Shown here in pieces: positions 39,651-48,600 of a stretch of 64,000 bases of DNA; positions within the stretch are counted from its first letter, which is position 1; every line of letters starts with the position of its first letter. Both the position numbers and the translations under genes were made by a program. The notes under the pieces are model-generated. The model did not search any database, was not told the DNA's origin, and worked only from the letters and a program-made list of their open reading frames with translations. The DNA lies in assembly GCA_031408575.1 (NCBI GenBank), contig JANNWS010000170.1, positions 718 through 64,717 on the forward strand, in the 5' to 3' direction. The DNA comes from Rhodobacterales bacterium. GTDB lineage: Bacteria; Pseudomonadota; Alphaproteobacteria; Rhodobacterales; Rhodobacteraceae.

Positions 39651-41508
39651 ATTTGACGTCATAGTAATCGGCGGAGGTCATGCCGGTACTGAAGCCGCCC
39701 ACGCTGCGGCACGACTTGGCGCACGAACCGCTTTGGTGACATTGGGTTGGGCGGGGATCGGCGTTATGTCGTGTAATCCGGCGATCGGCGGGCTCGGAAA
39801 GGGCCACCTTGTTCGAGAGATTGATGCGCTGGACGGCGTCATGGCGCGGGTTGCAGACAGGTCGGGCATCCAGTTTCGACTTTTAAACCGACGGAAGGGC
39901 CCGGCCGTGCAAGGCCCGCGCCTGCAGGCAGATCGCAAGATCTACCGAGAAGCGATGCAGCAAGAAACCCGACGGCAGTCAGGGCTTCAGGTTATTGAGG
40001 GCGAAGTAATCGATATCCGCGTGGAGGCGGACCGCGTGCGAGGCGTCATTCTCGCAGACGGAACTACTTTGCTTGGGGCGTCAGTTGTCCTGACGGCCGG
40101 AACCTTTTTGCGGGGGGTAATTCACATCGGAAACGACAGCCGGCCCGGCGGTCGTATGGGTGACAAACCGTCGATCCGGCTGGCAGATCGCCTTGGTGAC
40201 CTCGGTCTGGCGCGGGGGCGACTGAAAACCGGTACGCCGCCGCGGCTTGATGGCCGAACGCTGAACTGGGCGAAGTTTGATGTACAGCGCGGGGACGAGG
40301 CTCCGACGATGTTTTCATTTTTAAACGACAAGCCCTTTGTGCAGCAGGTTTCTTGCGGTGTCACTCACACGAATGAAGCAACGCATGCGGTGGTTCGTGA
40401 GAACCTTGGTCGTTCGGCGATGTATGGAGGGCATATCGAGGGCGTCGGTCCGCGCTACTGCCCGTCTTTGGAGGACAAGGTTGTTCGATTTGCCGACAAG
40501 GCTTCTCACCAGATTTTTCTGGAGCCTGAGGGATTGGATGATCACACAGTCTACCCGAATGGCATATCGACCTCGCTCCCGGCTGAGGTGCAGGAGCAGT
40601 ATGTTCGGACAATTACGGGGCTTGAGGCAGCAACCATCCTTCAACCGGGGTACGCAATCGAATATGATTTCTTCGACCCACGCGGACTGAGGCCCACGCT
40701 GGAGCTGAAGTCACTCCAGGGACTTTTCTTGGCGGGGCAAATTAACGGGACGACCGGCTACGAAGAGGCAGCGGCGCAAGGGCTGGTTGCGGGGTTGAAT
40801 GCCGCGCATCTGGCGCTCGACCGAAGCCCCGTAATTTTCTCGCGCTCATCCAGCTACATTGGCGTAATGATTGACGATCTTGTCACTCGTGGCGTAAGCG
40901 AACCGTACAGAATGTTCACTTCGCGCGCCGAGTACCGGCTGACTTTGCGTGCCGACAATGCCGACCAACGCCTTACCCCTCTGGGCGTTTCCTTGGGCTG
41001 CGTTGGAGAGCGGCGCAAAGCGGTGTTCGGGATTAAGGCAGAGGCTTTGGCGCGAGGCAAAAACGCCCTTGATAACATCTTGCTGACCCCCAAGGAGATT
41101 GGGGCAATCGGCGTCCATGTCAGCAAGGATGGCCAACGGCGTTCGGCCTTTCATCTGCTGGCCTATCCTGATGTCAACATGGCGGTGATCGATCGGGTCT
41201 GTCCGATGTTTGGCGCGCTTGATGATGATGTAAAGCTCCAGATCTCCCGTGATGCGCTATATGCTCAATATGCTGATCGTCAGGAACAAGAGGCTGCGGC
41301 GCTTGCACGGGACGAGCAGGTTATTATTCCGCGGGGTTTTGATTTTTCCGCGTTGGGCGGTCTTTCTAACGAACTCAAGTCCAAGTTGGCGCATATTCAG
41401 CCAGAGAACCTTGCCCACGCTGCGATGATTGAGGGGATGACACCGGCGGCCCTGACGCTACTGCTCGCGAAGTTGCGCCAAACAGGCCAAGGGCGACGCG
41501 CGCAATGA
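39643..41508 (+). CDS. mnmG: tRNA uridine 5-carboxymethylaminomethyl modification enzyme MnmG
   Basis: GTG start; an in-frame TAA at 39625-39627 leaves no other option. [21 protein letters not shown] motif. 621 aa. Confidence 0.96.
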   Translation: MKQFDVIVIGGGHAGTEAAHAAARLGARTALVTLGWAGIGVMSCNPAIGGLGKGHLVREIDALDGVMARVADRSGIQFRLLNRRKGPAVQGPRLQADRKIYREAMQQETRRQSGLQVIEGEVIDIRVEADRVRGVILADGTTLLGASVVLTAGTFLRGVIHIGNDSRPGGRMGDKPSIRLADRLGDLGLARGRLKTGTPPRLDGRTLNWAKFDVQRGDEAPTMFSFLNDKPFVQQVSCGVTHTNEATHAVVRENLGRSAMYGGHIEGVGPRYCPSLEDKVVRFADKASHQIFLEPEGLDDHTVYPNGISTSLPAEVQEQYVRTITGLEAATILQPGYAIEYDFFDPRGLRPTLELKSLQGLFLAGQINGTTGYEEAAAQGLVAGLNAAHLALDRSPVIFSRSSSYIGVMIDDLVTRGVSEPYRMFTSRAEYRLTLRADNADQRLTPLGVSLGCVGERRKAVFGIKAEALARGKNALDNILLTPKEIGAIGVHVSKDGQRRSAFHLLAYPDVNMAVIDRVCPMFGALDDDVKLQISRDALYAQYADRQEQEAAALARDEQVIIPRGFDFSALGGLSNELKSKLAHIQPENLAHAAMIEGMTPAALTLLLAKLRQTGQGRRAQ

Positions 41509-42134
41509 GCGGCGGCATTTCGAGCACGACAGAGACCGACCCCGCTTTGGGAGAGACCTCCCGATTGAGGCTCGAGATTTTCATCTCGATCCTTGAGAAA
41601 TGGAATCCGGCAATCAATTTGGTCTCTCCTGCGAGTCTTGCGGCTGTCTGGGACAGACATGTTGCTGACAGCGTGCAGGTTCTCCAGCTTTGTCCTCCGG
41701 ACGCGCAACATTGGGTTGACCTTGGTTCGGGCGGGGGGTTTCCAGGGATGGTCGTCGCGATTTTGGCGGCAGACCGCTACCCCAATCTAGGCGTGACGCT
41801 TGTGGAGTCGGATCAACGAAAAGCCGTTTTCTTGCGAACTGTTTCAGCGGAGACAGGCGTTGGCGTCAATGTGATCGCAGAGCGGATCGAAAAGACCAAA
41901 CGCCTTGATGCGGACGTGGTCTCGGCGCGTGCGCTTGCGCCGCTTGCTCAATTGTGTGGCTATGCAGACCGGCATCTCAATCGCGGCGGGACAGCGCTTT
42001 TTATGAAAGGAGCGCATGCGTTGGCAGAGATCGATGAGGCCAGACAGGCGTGGAAGTTCAGTCTGACAGTGCATCCAAGCACGACCGAACCGACGGCTAC
42101 AATTCTGAAACTACTGGAACTTTCTCATGTCTGA
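41505..42134 (+). CDS. rsmG: 16S rRNA (guanine527-N7)-methyltransferase RsmG
   Basis: ATGA overlap with mnmG. RHVADSVQ..., [18 protein letters not shown] motif. Confidence 0.92.
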   Translation: MSGGISSTTETDPALGETSRLRLEIFISILEKWNPAINLVSPASLAAVWDRHVADSVQVLQLCPPDAQHWVDLGSGGGFPGMVVAILAADRYPNLGVTLVESDQRKAVFLRTVSAETGVGVNVIAERIEKTKRLDADVVSARALAPLAQLCGYADRHLNRGGTALFMKGAHALAEIDEARQAWKFSLTVHPSTTEPTATILKLLELSHV

Positions 42135-42954
42135 CCTGACCCGCCCTGCAGCGCCGCGAATTATTGCAATCGCGAACCAAAAGGGCGGCGTCGGAAAGAC
42201 CACGACTGCAATCAACCTTGCGGCCGGACTTGCAGAAAGCGGGGCTCGCGTTCTTTTGGTCGACCTCGATCCGCAAGGCAACGCATCGACCGGCCTTGGT
42301 ATCTTGCCGGATCGTCGCAAGTTGACAAGTTACGATCTTCTTATTGATGATGTGGATCTGGCGGATGTCGTTTTGCAGTCAGATGTTCCAGGGATCTGGA
42401 TTTGCCCCGCCAATGCTGACCTTTCGTCGACAGATATGGAGCTTGTATCGAACGAGCGTCGGAGCTTTCTTTTGCGCGATGCCCTCAGACAGATCAATGT
42501 CGACACATTTCGATTTGATTTTGTGCTTGTAGACTGCCCACCATCGCTAAATCTGCTTACGGTGAATGCTATGGTGGCGTCAGATTCTGTGCTGGTTCCA
42601 CTCCAGAGCGAATTTTTTGCGCTTGAGGGTCTTTCGCAGCTCATGTTGACAATACGTCAGGTGCGGCAGACGGCAAACCCGGCACTGCGGATAGAGGGGG
42701 TTTTGCTGACAATGTACGACGGTCGAAACAATCTCGCGCAGCAGGTCGAGCGCGACGTGCGTCAAACGCTTGGCGATCTTGTGTTCAAGATGGTTATTCC
42801 CCGGAACGTCCGGATCAGTGAGGCGCCGTCTTTTGCGATGCCGGTCTTGAGCTATGATCCGGCGTCGAAAGGCAGCGACGCGTATCGCGCCCTTGCCAGA
42901 GAGCTTTTGCTGCGGCATGGAGATCGTCGTGGACCTCGGGAACTGGCGAGTTGA
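42127..42954 (+). CDS. parA: Chromosome partitioning ATPase ParA
   Basis: IIAIANQKGGVGKTTTAINLA deviant Walker A, LVDLDPQGNAS, DFVLVDCPPSL. 8-nt overlap with rsmG. Confidence 0.96.
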   Translation: MSDLTRPAAPRIIAIANQKGGVGKTTTAINLAAGLAESGARVLLVDLDPQGNASTGLGILPDRRKLTSYDLLIDDVDLADVVLQSDVPGIWICPANADLSSTDMELVSNERRSFLLRDALRQINVDTFRFDFVLVDCPPSLNLLTVNAMVASDSVLVPLQSEFFALEGLSQLMLTIRQVRQTANPALRIEGVLLTMYDGRNNLAQQVERDVRQTLGDLVFKMVIPRNVRISEAPSFAMPVLSYDPASKGSDAYRALARELLLRHGDRRGPRELAS

Positions 42955-43865
42955 TGGATAAGAAGCAGGAACGGCGCGGTTTGGGCCGCGGTTTGTCGGC
43001 GCTTATGGCCGATGTCAGCCTTGATCTGAGCGCACTGGCCAATCCCGCGGCAGTGCTCCGACCAGAGCGATTGGTCCCGGTCGAAAAGATTTTTCCCAAT
43101 CCAAACCAACCGCGCCGCGACTTTGCGCCTGACGCGCTGCAGGACCTTGCTGCGTCGATCGTTGCAAAGGGGATCATACAGCCGCTGATCGTTCGGCCGA
43201 AAGGCGACGATACGTATGAAATTGTCGCCGGTGAGCGGCGTTGGCGCGCCGCGCAAATCGCGCAGCTTCACGAACTGCCTGTTCTTATCAGGGACTTGTC
43301 AGATTCGGAGGTGCTCGAGGTTGCGATCATTGAAAACATTCAGCGCGCTGACCTGAATGCAATTGAAGAGGCTCTGGCTTATCGGCAGCTCATGGATCGG
43401 TTCGGTCACACGCAGGAGAAAATGGCCGAAGCTTTGGCCAAAAGTCGAAGCCATATCGCTAACCTACTGCGCCTGCTCCAGCTTCCTGAAGAAGTGCAGG
43501 GCTATCTTCGCGATGGCCAGCTCACGCCGGGCCATGCACGAGCGCTCATCACGACACCGAACCCGGTCGATCTCGCCCGACGGGTCATCGCAATGGGTAT
43601 GACGGTGCGTCAGGCAGAGGAACTCGCAAAAACGCACAACAATGCCATTGGGACCGGACGTCGCACGCCCCGCCGCGCCGCTGAAAAAGACGCGGACACT
43701 AAGGCTCTTGAGGCAGATCTGTCTTCGAACCTGCAGATGTCTGTTCGAATTGACCATGAGCCTGGCGGCGAGGCTGGCACGCTCTCTATTCGCTACAACT
43801 CGCTTGACGACCTGGATCTGCTGTGTCGTGGCCTTTCAGTTTTGCCGCGCGATGGCTCGGTCTGA
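42954..43865 (+). CDS. parB: Chromosome partitioning protein ParB
   Basis: ATG 42954 shares 1 nt with the parA TGA (the track begins at TTG 42951). RGLGRGLSAL, NPNQPRRDF, IVAGERRWRAA, HTH EKMAEALAKSRSHIANLLRLL. Confidence 0.96.
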   Translation: MDKKQERRGLGRGLSALMADVSLDLSALANPAAVLRPERLVPVEKIFPNPNQPRRDFAPDALQDLAASIVAKGIIQPLIVRPKGDDTYEIVAGERRWRAAQIAQLHELPVLIRDLSDSEVLEVAIIENIQRADLNAIEEALAYRQLMDRFGHTQEKMAEALAKSRSHIANLLRLLQLPEEVQGYLRDGQLTPGHARALITTPNPVDLARRVIAMGMTVRQAEELAKTHNNAIGTGRRTPRRAAEKDADTKALEADLSSNLQMSVRIDHEPGGEAGTLSIRYNSLDDLDLLCRGLSVLPRDGSV

Positions 43866-43887
43866 TTCAGTGAGTGCGCGCCCCATT

Positions 43888-45063
43888 TTAGATCGTTTCT
43901 GCCAGTCGTCGAATGATAGCGTTAAGGATCATTCTCCCGTGAGCTGTTGCTTTAAGGTGCGTGCTGCTGGCGGAGATCAGGCCCATGTCAGTAAGCTCGG
44001 CGATGCTGTTTGCGCATGGGCGCTTCCCGCCAACGGACGACAGCCGGTCCAGATTCATACCTTCTGTCAGCCGCATGCTCATCATCAGATATTCCAGCGC
44101 TTGCTCTGCTGGCGTCAAGGCGGTGCGCGGCAACTCTCCGTTGCCGGCCAATTCGACTCGCTGAAGCCATTCACCCGGTGAGCGGATCGCCTCGGTTGCC
44201 CAACGGCGATCTCCAAGAGTCAGGCGACCGTGTGCGCCCGGCCCAACCCCGGCATATTCCCCGCCTCGCCAGTAGATCAGGTTGTGTTCTGATTGAGCGG
44301 CGTCTTTTGCGTGATTGGAAACTTCATAGGCCGGCAGTCCTGCGGCGTCGCAAACATGTTGAGTTATCGAGTAAAGCTCTACCGACCTGTCTTCATCCGG
44401 TAACCCCTTTAATCCACCGCTTGCGTGCCGCGCGCCAAACGCCGTTCGATCCTCAATGGTCAGCTGGTACAGAGACAGATGATCAATCGCCATGCCAACG
44501 GCGCGCGTCAACTCTGCCTCCCAAGCTTGCGGAGTTTGGTCTTGCCGTGCATATATCAGATCGAAGCTGACGCGATCATAAGTCTTGCGTGCAATTTCAA
44601 ATGCCGCCTCTGCCTCTCTCACGCTGTGTAATCTGCCCAACCGACGAAGATCATCGTCATTCAGGGCCTGAATTCCCATAGATAGACGATTGACCCCGGC
44701 GAACCGGAATTCACGGAACTTTCCCGCCTCAACAGAGCTGGGGTTCGCTTCGAGGGTGACTTCCCAATTATTGGCTACCGACCAAATTGAACGGATTTTG
44801 TCCAGCATTCTGTAGACGGTATCAGGCGACATTAATGACGGAGTGCCGCCACCGAAAAAGACCGACCGCAGTGATCGTCCGACAGTTTCACGACCCAACC
44901 GCTCCAGCTCGGTCAGGTAGGCTCGCTGCCAGCGGCTCTGGTCGACGCTTTCTGAGACATGGCTGTTGAAGTCGCAATAAGGACATTTCGACTGACAAAA
45001 AGGCCAGTGAACATATAGTCCAAACGCGGCCCCACCAGGCGGTGCTTCATCGAGGCCCGTCAT
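43888..45063 (-). CDS. hemW: Radical SAM heme chaperone HemW (HemN-like)
   Basis: 391 aa. LYVHWPFCQSKCPYCDF radical-SAM CxxxCxxC motif, GGGTPSL. ATGA overlap with the ridA stop. Confidence 0.9.
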   Translation of the reverse strand: MTGLDEAPPGGAAFGLYVHWPFCQSKCPYCDFNSHVSESVDQSRWQRAYLTELERLGRETVGRSLRSVFFGGGTPSLMSPDTVYRMLDKIRSIWSVANNWEVTLEANPSSVEAGKFREFRFAGVNRLSMGIQALNDDDLRRLGRLHSVREAEAAFEIARKTYDRVSFDLIYARQDQTPQAWEAELTRAVGMAIDHLSLYQLTIEDRTAFGARHASGGLKGLPDEDRSVELYSITQHVCDAAGLPAYEVSNHAKDAAQSEHNLIYWRGGEYAGVGPGAHGRLTLGDRRWATEAIRSPGEWLQRVELAGNGELPRTALTPAEQALEYLMMSMRLTEGMNLDRLSSVGGKRPCANSIAELTDMGLISASSTHLKATAHGRMILNAIIRRLAETI

Positions 45064-45434
45064 CCTTTGAATGCCGTAACTTCAATCTCGATAAGCATTT
45101 CGGGCTTGATCAGCCCTGCTATTACCATCGTTGCAGCGGGCCGTATCTCGTCGAAAGCTTCGCCCAGTACCGGCGTTATCGCATCGATCAGAGATGTGTT
45201 GACCACCGTATACTGTACCCGAACAACGTCTTTCAGCGTGAACCCTGCCTCGACAAGCACCGCGTGTATCGTGGCGAAGCAATTTCTCGCCTGTGCGGCG
45301 ATATCATCGGGCATCGTCATTGTCTCATAGTTGTATCCAGTGACGCCCGATACGAAACACCACCCACCCTTCACGACCGCCCGCGAATAGCCCATGGCGG
45401 CTTCGAATGGAGAGCCGGTTGAAATATGTTTCAT
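45060..45434 (-). CDS. ridA: RidA family protein (YjgF/TdcF-like)
   Basis: Trimmed to ATG 45434, an ATGA overlap with the rdgB stop. MKHISTGSPFEAAMGYSRAVVKGGWCFVSG...VRVQYTV...PEMLIEIEVTA. Confidence 0.8.
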   Translation of the reverse strand: MKHISTGSPFEAAMGYSRAVVKGGWCFVSGVTGYNYETMTMPDDIAAQARNCFATIHAVLVEAGFTLKDVVRVQYTVVNTSLIDAITPVLGEAFDEIRPAATMVIAGLIKPEMLIEIEVTAFKG

Positions 45435-45442
45435 GTGAAACA
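45427..45442. promoter_or_regulatory. parS: parS centromere-like site (15/16 to TGTTTCACGTGAAACA)
   Basis: tgtttcatgtgaaaca. The single mismatch is at the central position. Spans the rdgB stop and ridA start. Confidence 0.7.
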
Positions 45443-46039
45443 AGCCTCAACCAACTTGCGGAATGCAAGCGCACGGTGGCTCATCAAGTTCTTCTGCCAT
45501 CGGTCCATCTCTCCAAAAGTGCAGTCATATCCGGTCGGCTGAAAAATCGGGTCATAGCCATGCCCTTGAGTGCCACGCATTGGCCAGACGACCCGCCCAT
45601 CGGTAAAGCCTTGGAAAAATTCATCTTTTCCGTCGGGCCAGGCCAGGACGAGCGTGCAGCAAAACCTCGCTGTCCGTGGTTCGGGCGCGCTTGCTGCCTC
45701 CAGCATGGCCCACGCCCTCTCCATCGCTAGGCCGAAATTACGGCCAAGCGGGGTTTCGGCCCAATCCGCCGTATAGACGCCCGGGGCCCCACCTAAGGCA
45801 TCAATCTCGATTCCGCTATCATCGGCCAGCGCCGGAAGCCCCGTGGCCCACGCTGCAGCATGCGCTTTGATCCGCGCATTTCCCAGAAACGTTGCCTCGG
45901 TCTCGGGCGGCTCTGCCAAACCCAATGCGGCCGCCGAAACGATATCTATATTGAAGGGCTGTAGCAGTCGCGAAATTTCTTCCAGTTTGCCCACGTTGTG
46001 ACTTGCCAGAACCAGCCGACCTTCGGTGAACTTCCGCAT
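45431..46039 (-). CDS. rdgB: Non-canonical purine NTP pyrophosphatase (dITP/XTP)
   Basis: 202 aa. LVLASHNVGKLEE..., ALADDSGIEIDALGGAPGVY..., GHGYDPIF, SHRALA. Confidence 0.93.
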   Translation of the reverse strand: MRKFTEGRLVLASHNVGKLEEISRLLQPFNIDIVSAAALGLAEPPETEATFLGNARIKAHAAAWATGLPALADDSGIEIDALGGAPGVYTADWAETPLGRNFGLAMERAWAMLEAASAPEPRTARFCCTLVLAWPDGKDEFFQGFTDGRVVWPMRGTQGHGYDPIFQPTGYDCTFGEMDRWQKNLMSHRALAFRKLVEACFT

Positions 46040-46050
46040 AACGCGCCCCG

Positions 46051-46764
46051 TCAGTCCAGCGCCGCCTTTTGTGCCGCAACCAAACGCCCAACCCCAGCCT
46101 CCGCAAGATCGAGCAGTTGCCCCATTTCATCGCGTGAGAATGTCGCTCCCTCAGCCGACATCTGCACTTCTACCAGCCGGCCCCGTCCGGTCAGAATAAA
46201 ATTCCCATCGGTACCCGCAGCGCTGTCCTCGGCATAGTCGAGGTCGAGAACCGCCTGACCTGCATAGATACCGCAAGACACCGCCGCCACATGGTCCACA
46301 ATCGGATCGGAAACAATCACCCCTGCTTTCAACAGCCTGTTTACGGCAAGCCGCAATGCAACCCAACCGCCGGTGATCGCCGCGCAGCGGGTGCCTCCGT
46401 CAGCCTGTATCACGTCACAGTCGACCACAATCTGCCGCTCGCCCAACGCAACGCGGTCAACGCCGGCCCGCAAGGCCCGCCCGATCAGCCGCTGTATTTC
46501 CTGCGTTCGCCCCGATTGTTTGCCAACGGCCGCTTCGCGCCGGTTGCGCGTATTTGTCGCGCGCGGCAACATGCCGTATTCCGCCGTTACCCAGCCAAGG
46601 CCGGTATTCTTGAGGAACGGTGGTGCCTTGTCCTCCAGCGATGCAGAGCACAGCACATGTGTCCCACCCACCCGGATCAGGCACGACCCCTCGGCATGTG
46701 TCATAACCCCGGTCTCGATCGAAATCGGCCGCATATCGCTCAGGTTTCTGCCGGATGGCCGCAT
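46051..46764 (-). CDS. rph: Ribonuclease PH
   Basis: 237 aa. MRPSGR...RPISIETG...[15 protein letters not shown]..., [18 protein letters not shown]. Confidence 0.96.
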   Translation of the reverse strand: MRPSGRNLSDMRPISIETGVMTHAEGSCLIRVGGTHVLCSASLEDKAPPFLKNTGLGWVTAEYGMLPRATNTRNRREAAVGKQSGRTQEIQRLIGRALRAGVDRVALGERQIVVDCDVIQADGGTRCAAITGGWVALRLAVNRLLKAGVIVSDPIVDHVAAVSCGIYAGQAVLDLDYAEDSAAGTDGNFILTGRGRLVEVQMSAEGATFSRDEMGQLLDLAEAGVGRLVAAQKAALD

Positions 46765-46881
46765 GAAAGCATCTCCTTTGAATTAGGTATCAGATACCCA
46801 CCCCCACCCCGACGATGCAACCCCGATTGACGCGGGCTGCGGGCTCTCGCATTGTCGGTGCGCCCAAGGACGCGCCCGAGA

Positions 46882-47952
46882 ATGACAGATGGTTCCCGAA
46901 TCCTGGCAGAAATGAATGACCGATCGCGCGAAGTATTTCGACGGGTCGTCGAAGGCTACCTCGCGTCGGGTGACCCGGTCGGCTCACGCACTCTCACTCG
47001 CAGCATGCACGAAAAGGTAAGCGCCGCGACCATCCGCAACGTCATGCAGGATCTTGAATATCTTGGCCTGCTCGATAGCCCGCACACCTCGGCTGGCCGC
47101 GTCCCAACCCAGCTTGGTCTGCGGATGTTCGTCGATGGCCTGCTCGAGATTGGTATGGTTTCGGACGAAGACCGCGAAAAGATCGACGCTACGCTTGGCG
47201 CAAACGAGCCTGACGTCGCGACACTGCTCGACAAGGTCGGATCCACGCTCTCGGGCATCACCCACGGCGCAAGCCTTGTATTGACCCCAAAGCGCGAGGC
47301 ACCAATCCGCCACATCGAGTTCGTCAGCCTGGCCCCGGACCGCGCGCTTGTGGTCCTCGTCTTTGCCGATGGAAATGTCGAGAATCGCGTTTTCACGCCG
47401 CCACCCGGCCAGACGCCATCGTCCATGCGCGAAGCAGCCAATTTTCTGAACGCCCTGGCTGAGGGCCGCACGCTCGGCGACTTGCGCCATACCATGACCG
47501 CAGACATCGCTCAGCGCCGACAGCAAATCGATTCGCTTGCCCGCGAACTGGTGGAAAGCGGCCTCGCCCTGTGGGAAAATGCCGGCGAGCGACATGAGCG
47601 TCTGATCGTGCGGGGCCGATCCAATCTGATCGACGGCAGCGTCGAGGCCGTGGATCTTGACAAGATTCGCAGCCTTTTCGATGACTTGGAACGCAAGCGC
47701 GATATTGCCGAGTTTCTTGACTTGACCGAAAAGGGCGACGGTGTCCGTATTTTTATTGGCTCGGAGAACAAGCTTTTTTCACTTTCGGGTTCCTCTCTGG
47801 TGGTCTCTCCCTATATGAACGCTGACCGTAAGATCATCGGCGCGGTGGGGGTCATCGGCCCGACCCGCCTGAACTATGGGCGCATCGTGCCGATCGTGGA
47901 CTACACGGCACAGCTGGTCGGAAAATTGATTTCTGATCGCGGCAAGGGGTAA
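46882..47952 (+). CDS. hrcA: Heat-inducible transcription repressor HrcA
   Basis: Trimmed to ATG 46882 (alternative 46912). LAEMNDRSREVFRRVVEGYLASGDPVGSRTL..., GVIGPTRLNYGRIVPIVDYTA. Confidence 0.92.
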   Translation: MTDGSRILAEMNDRSREVFRRVVEGYLASGDPVGSRTLTRSMHEKVSAATIRNVMQDLEYLGLLDSPHTSAGRVPTQLGLRMFVDGLLEIGMVSDEDREKIDATLGANEPDVATLLDKVGSTLSGITHGASLVLTPKREAPIRHIEFVSLAPDRALVVLVFADGNVENRVFTPPPGQTPSSMREAANFLNALAEGRTLGDLRHTMTADIAQRRQQIDSLARELVESGLALWENAGERHERLIVRGRSNLIDGSVEAVDLDKIRSLFDDLERKRDIAEFLDLTEKGDGVRIFIGSENKLFSLSGSSLVVSPYMNADRKIIGAVGVIGPTRLNYGRIVPIVDYTAQLVGKLISDRGKG

Positions 47953-47956
47953 CGGA

Positions 47957-48511
47957 ATGACGAAGGAAGCCAAGATGGCGCAGGAAAACGGGTCCGCCGA
48001 AGAGTTCATGGACCATGATGCAGGGACCGTCACGGTTGACAGCGCCGAGCTTGATCAGCTTCGCGCCGAGCGCGATGAAATGAAGGACCGCTTCATGCGC
48101 GCCTTAGCCGACGCCGAGAACGCCCGCAAGCGTGGCGAGCGCGACCGGCGTGAGGCAGAGCAATACGGAGGTTCTCGCCTGACACGGGACATGTTGCCGG
48201 TCTATGACAATCTGCGCCGCGCACTCGATGCGGCCACCGACCATCAGCGCGCGCAGTCCGCCGCCCTGATCGAAGGGATCGAGCTTACATTGCGCGAGTT
48301 GACGAACGTACTGACCAAACACGGCGTCACACCTATCACGCCCGCCATCGGCGACACCTTTGATCCTCAACAGCATCAGGCGATGTTCGAGGCAGCGCTT
48401 CCGGGCAGCAAGGCAGGTCAGATCATTCAGGTTATGACCGAGGGCTTCCTTTTGCACGACCGGTTGTTGCGTCCTGCACAGGTTGGCGTGTCGTCCAACA
48501 CCCAGGGCTGA
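47957..48511 (+). CDS. grpE: Nucleotide exchange factor GrpE
   Basis: 184 aa. ...RAERDEMKDRFMRALADAENARKR...FDPQQHQAM...RLLRPAQVGVS. Confidence 0.94.
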   Translation: MTKEAKMAQENGSAEEFMDHDAGTVTVDSAELDQLRAERDEMKDRFMRALADAENARKRGERDRREAEQYGGSRLTRDMLPVYDNLRRALDAATDHQRAQSAALIEGIELTLRELTNVLTKHGVTPITPAIGDTFDPQQHQAMFEAALPGSKAGQIIQVMTEGFLLHDRLLRPAQVGVSSNTQG

Positions 48512-48524
48512 TCGCTTGCGAAAA

Positions 48525-48547
48525 GGGGGGGGCGTTGTCCGCCCCCC
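48525..48547 (-). terminator. GC hairpin with a U-tract on the minus strand (mutS terminator)
   Basis: Plus strand AAAA-GGGGGGGGCG-TTGT-CCGCCCCCC. Read on the minus strand, a G/C stem of about 7-8 bp is followed by TTTT. About 55 nt beyond the mutS stop, between convergent grpE and mutS. Confidence 0.65.
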
Positions 48548-48600
48548 ACACCCTGCGGGCTTCCCTCCGTGGGTGGCTGTGCCGAAAAGCAACCGGCAGA

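Noticed and set aside
42346-42354. Additional DnaA-box-like 9-mer inside parA (tgtggatct, reverse complement AGATCCACA), and other 6-7/9 matches scattered in coding regions.
   Set aside because: Isolated, at most 7/9 to TTATCCACA, and inside coding sequence. Consistent with chance.
46765-46881. CIRCE operator (TTAGCACTC-N9-GAGTGCTAA) or an RpoH-type promoter upstream of hrcA-grpE.
   Set aside because: No CIRCE-like inverted repeat is present. The only promoter-like pair (TTGACG 46827-46832 / CATTGT 46850-46855, 17-nt spacer) has a poor -10 and is too weak to report as a feature.
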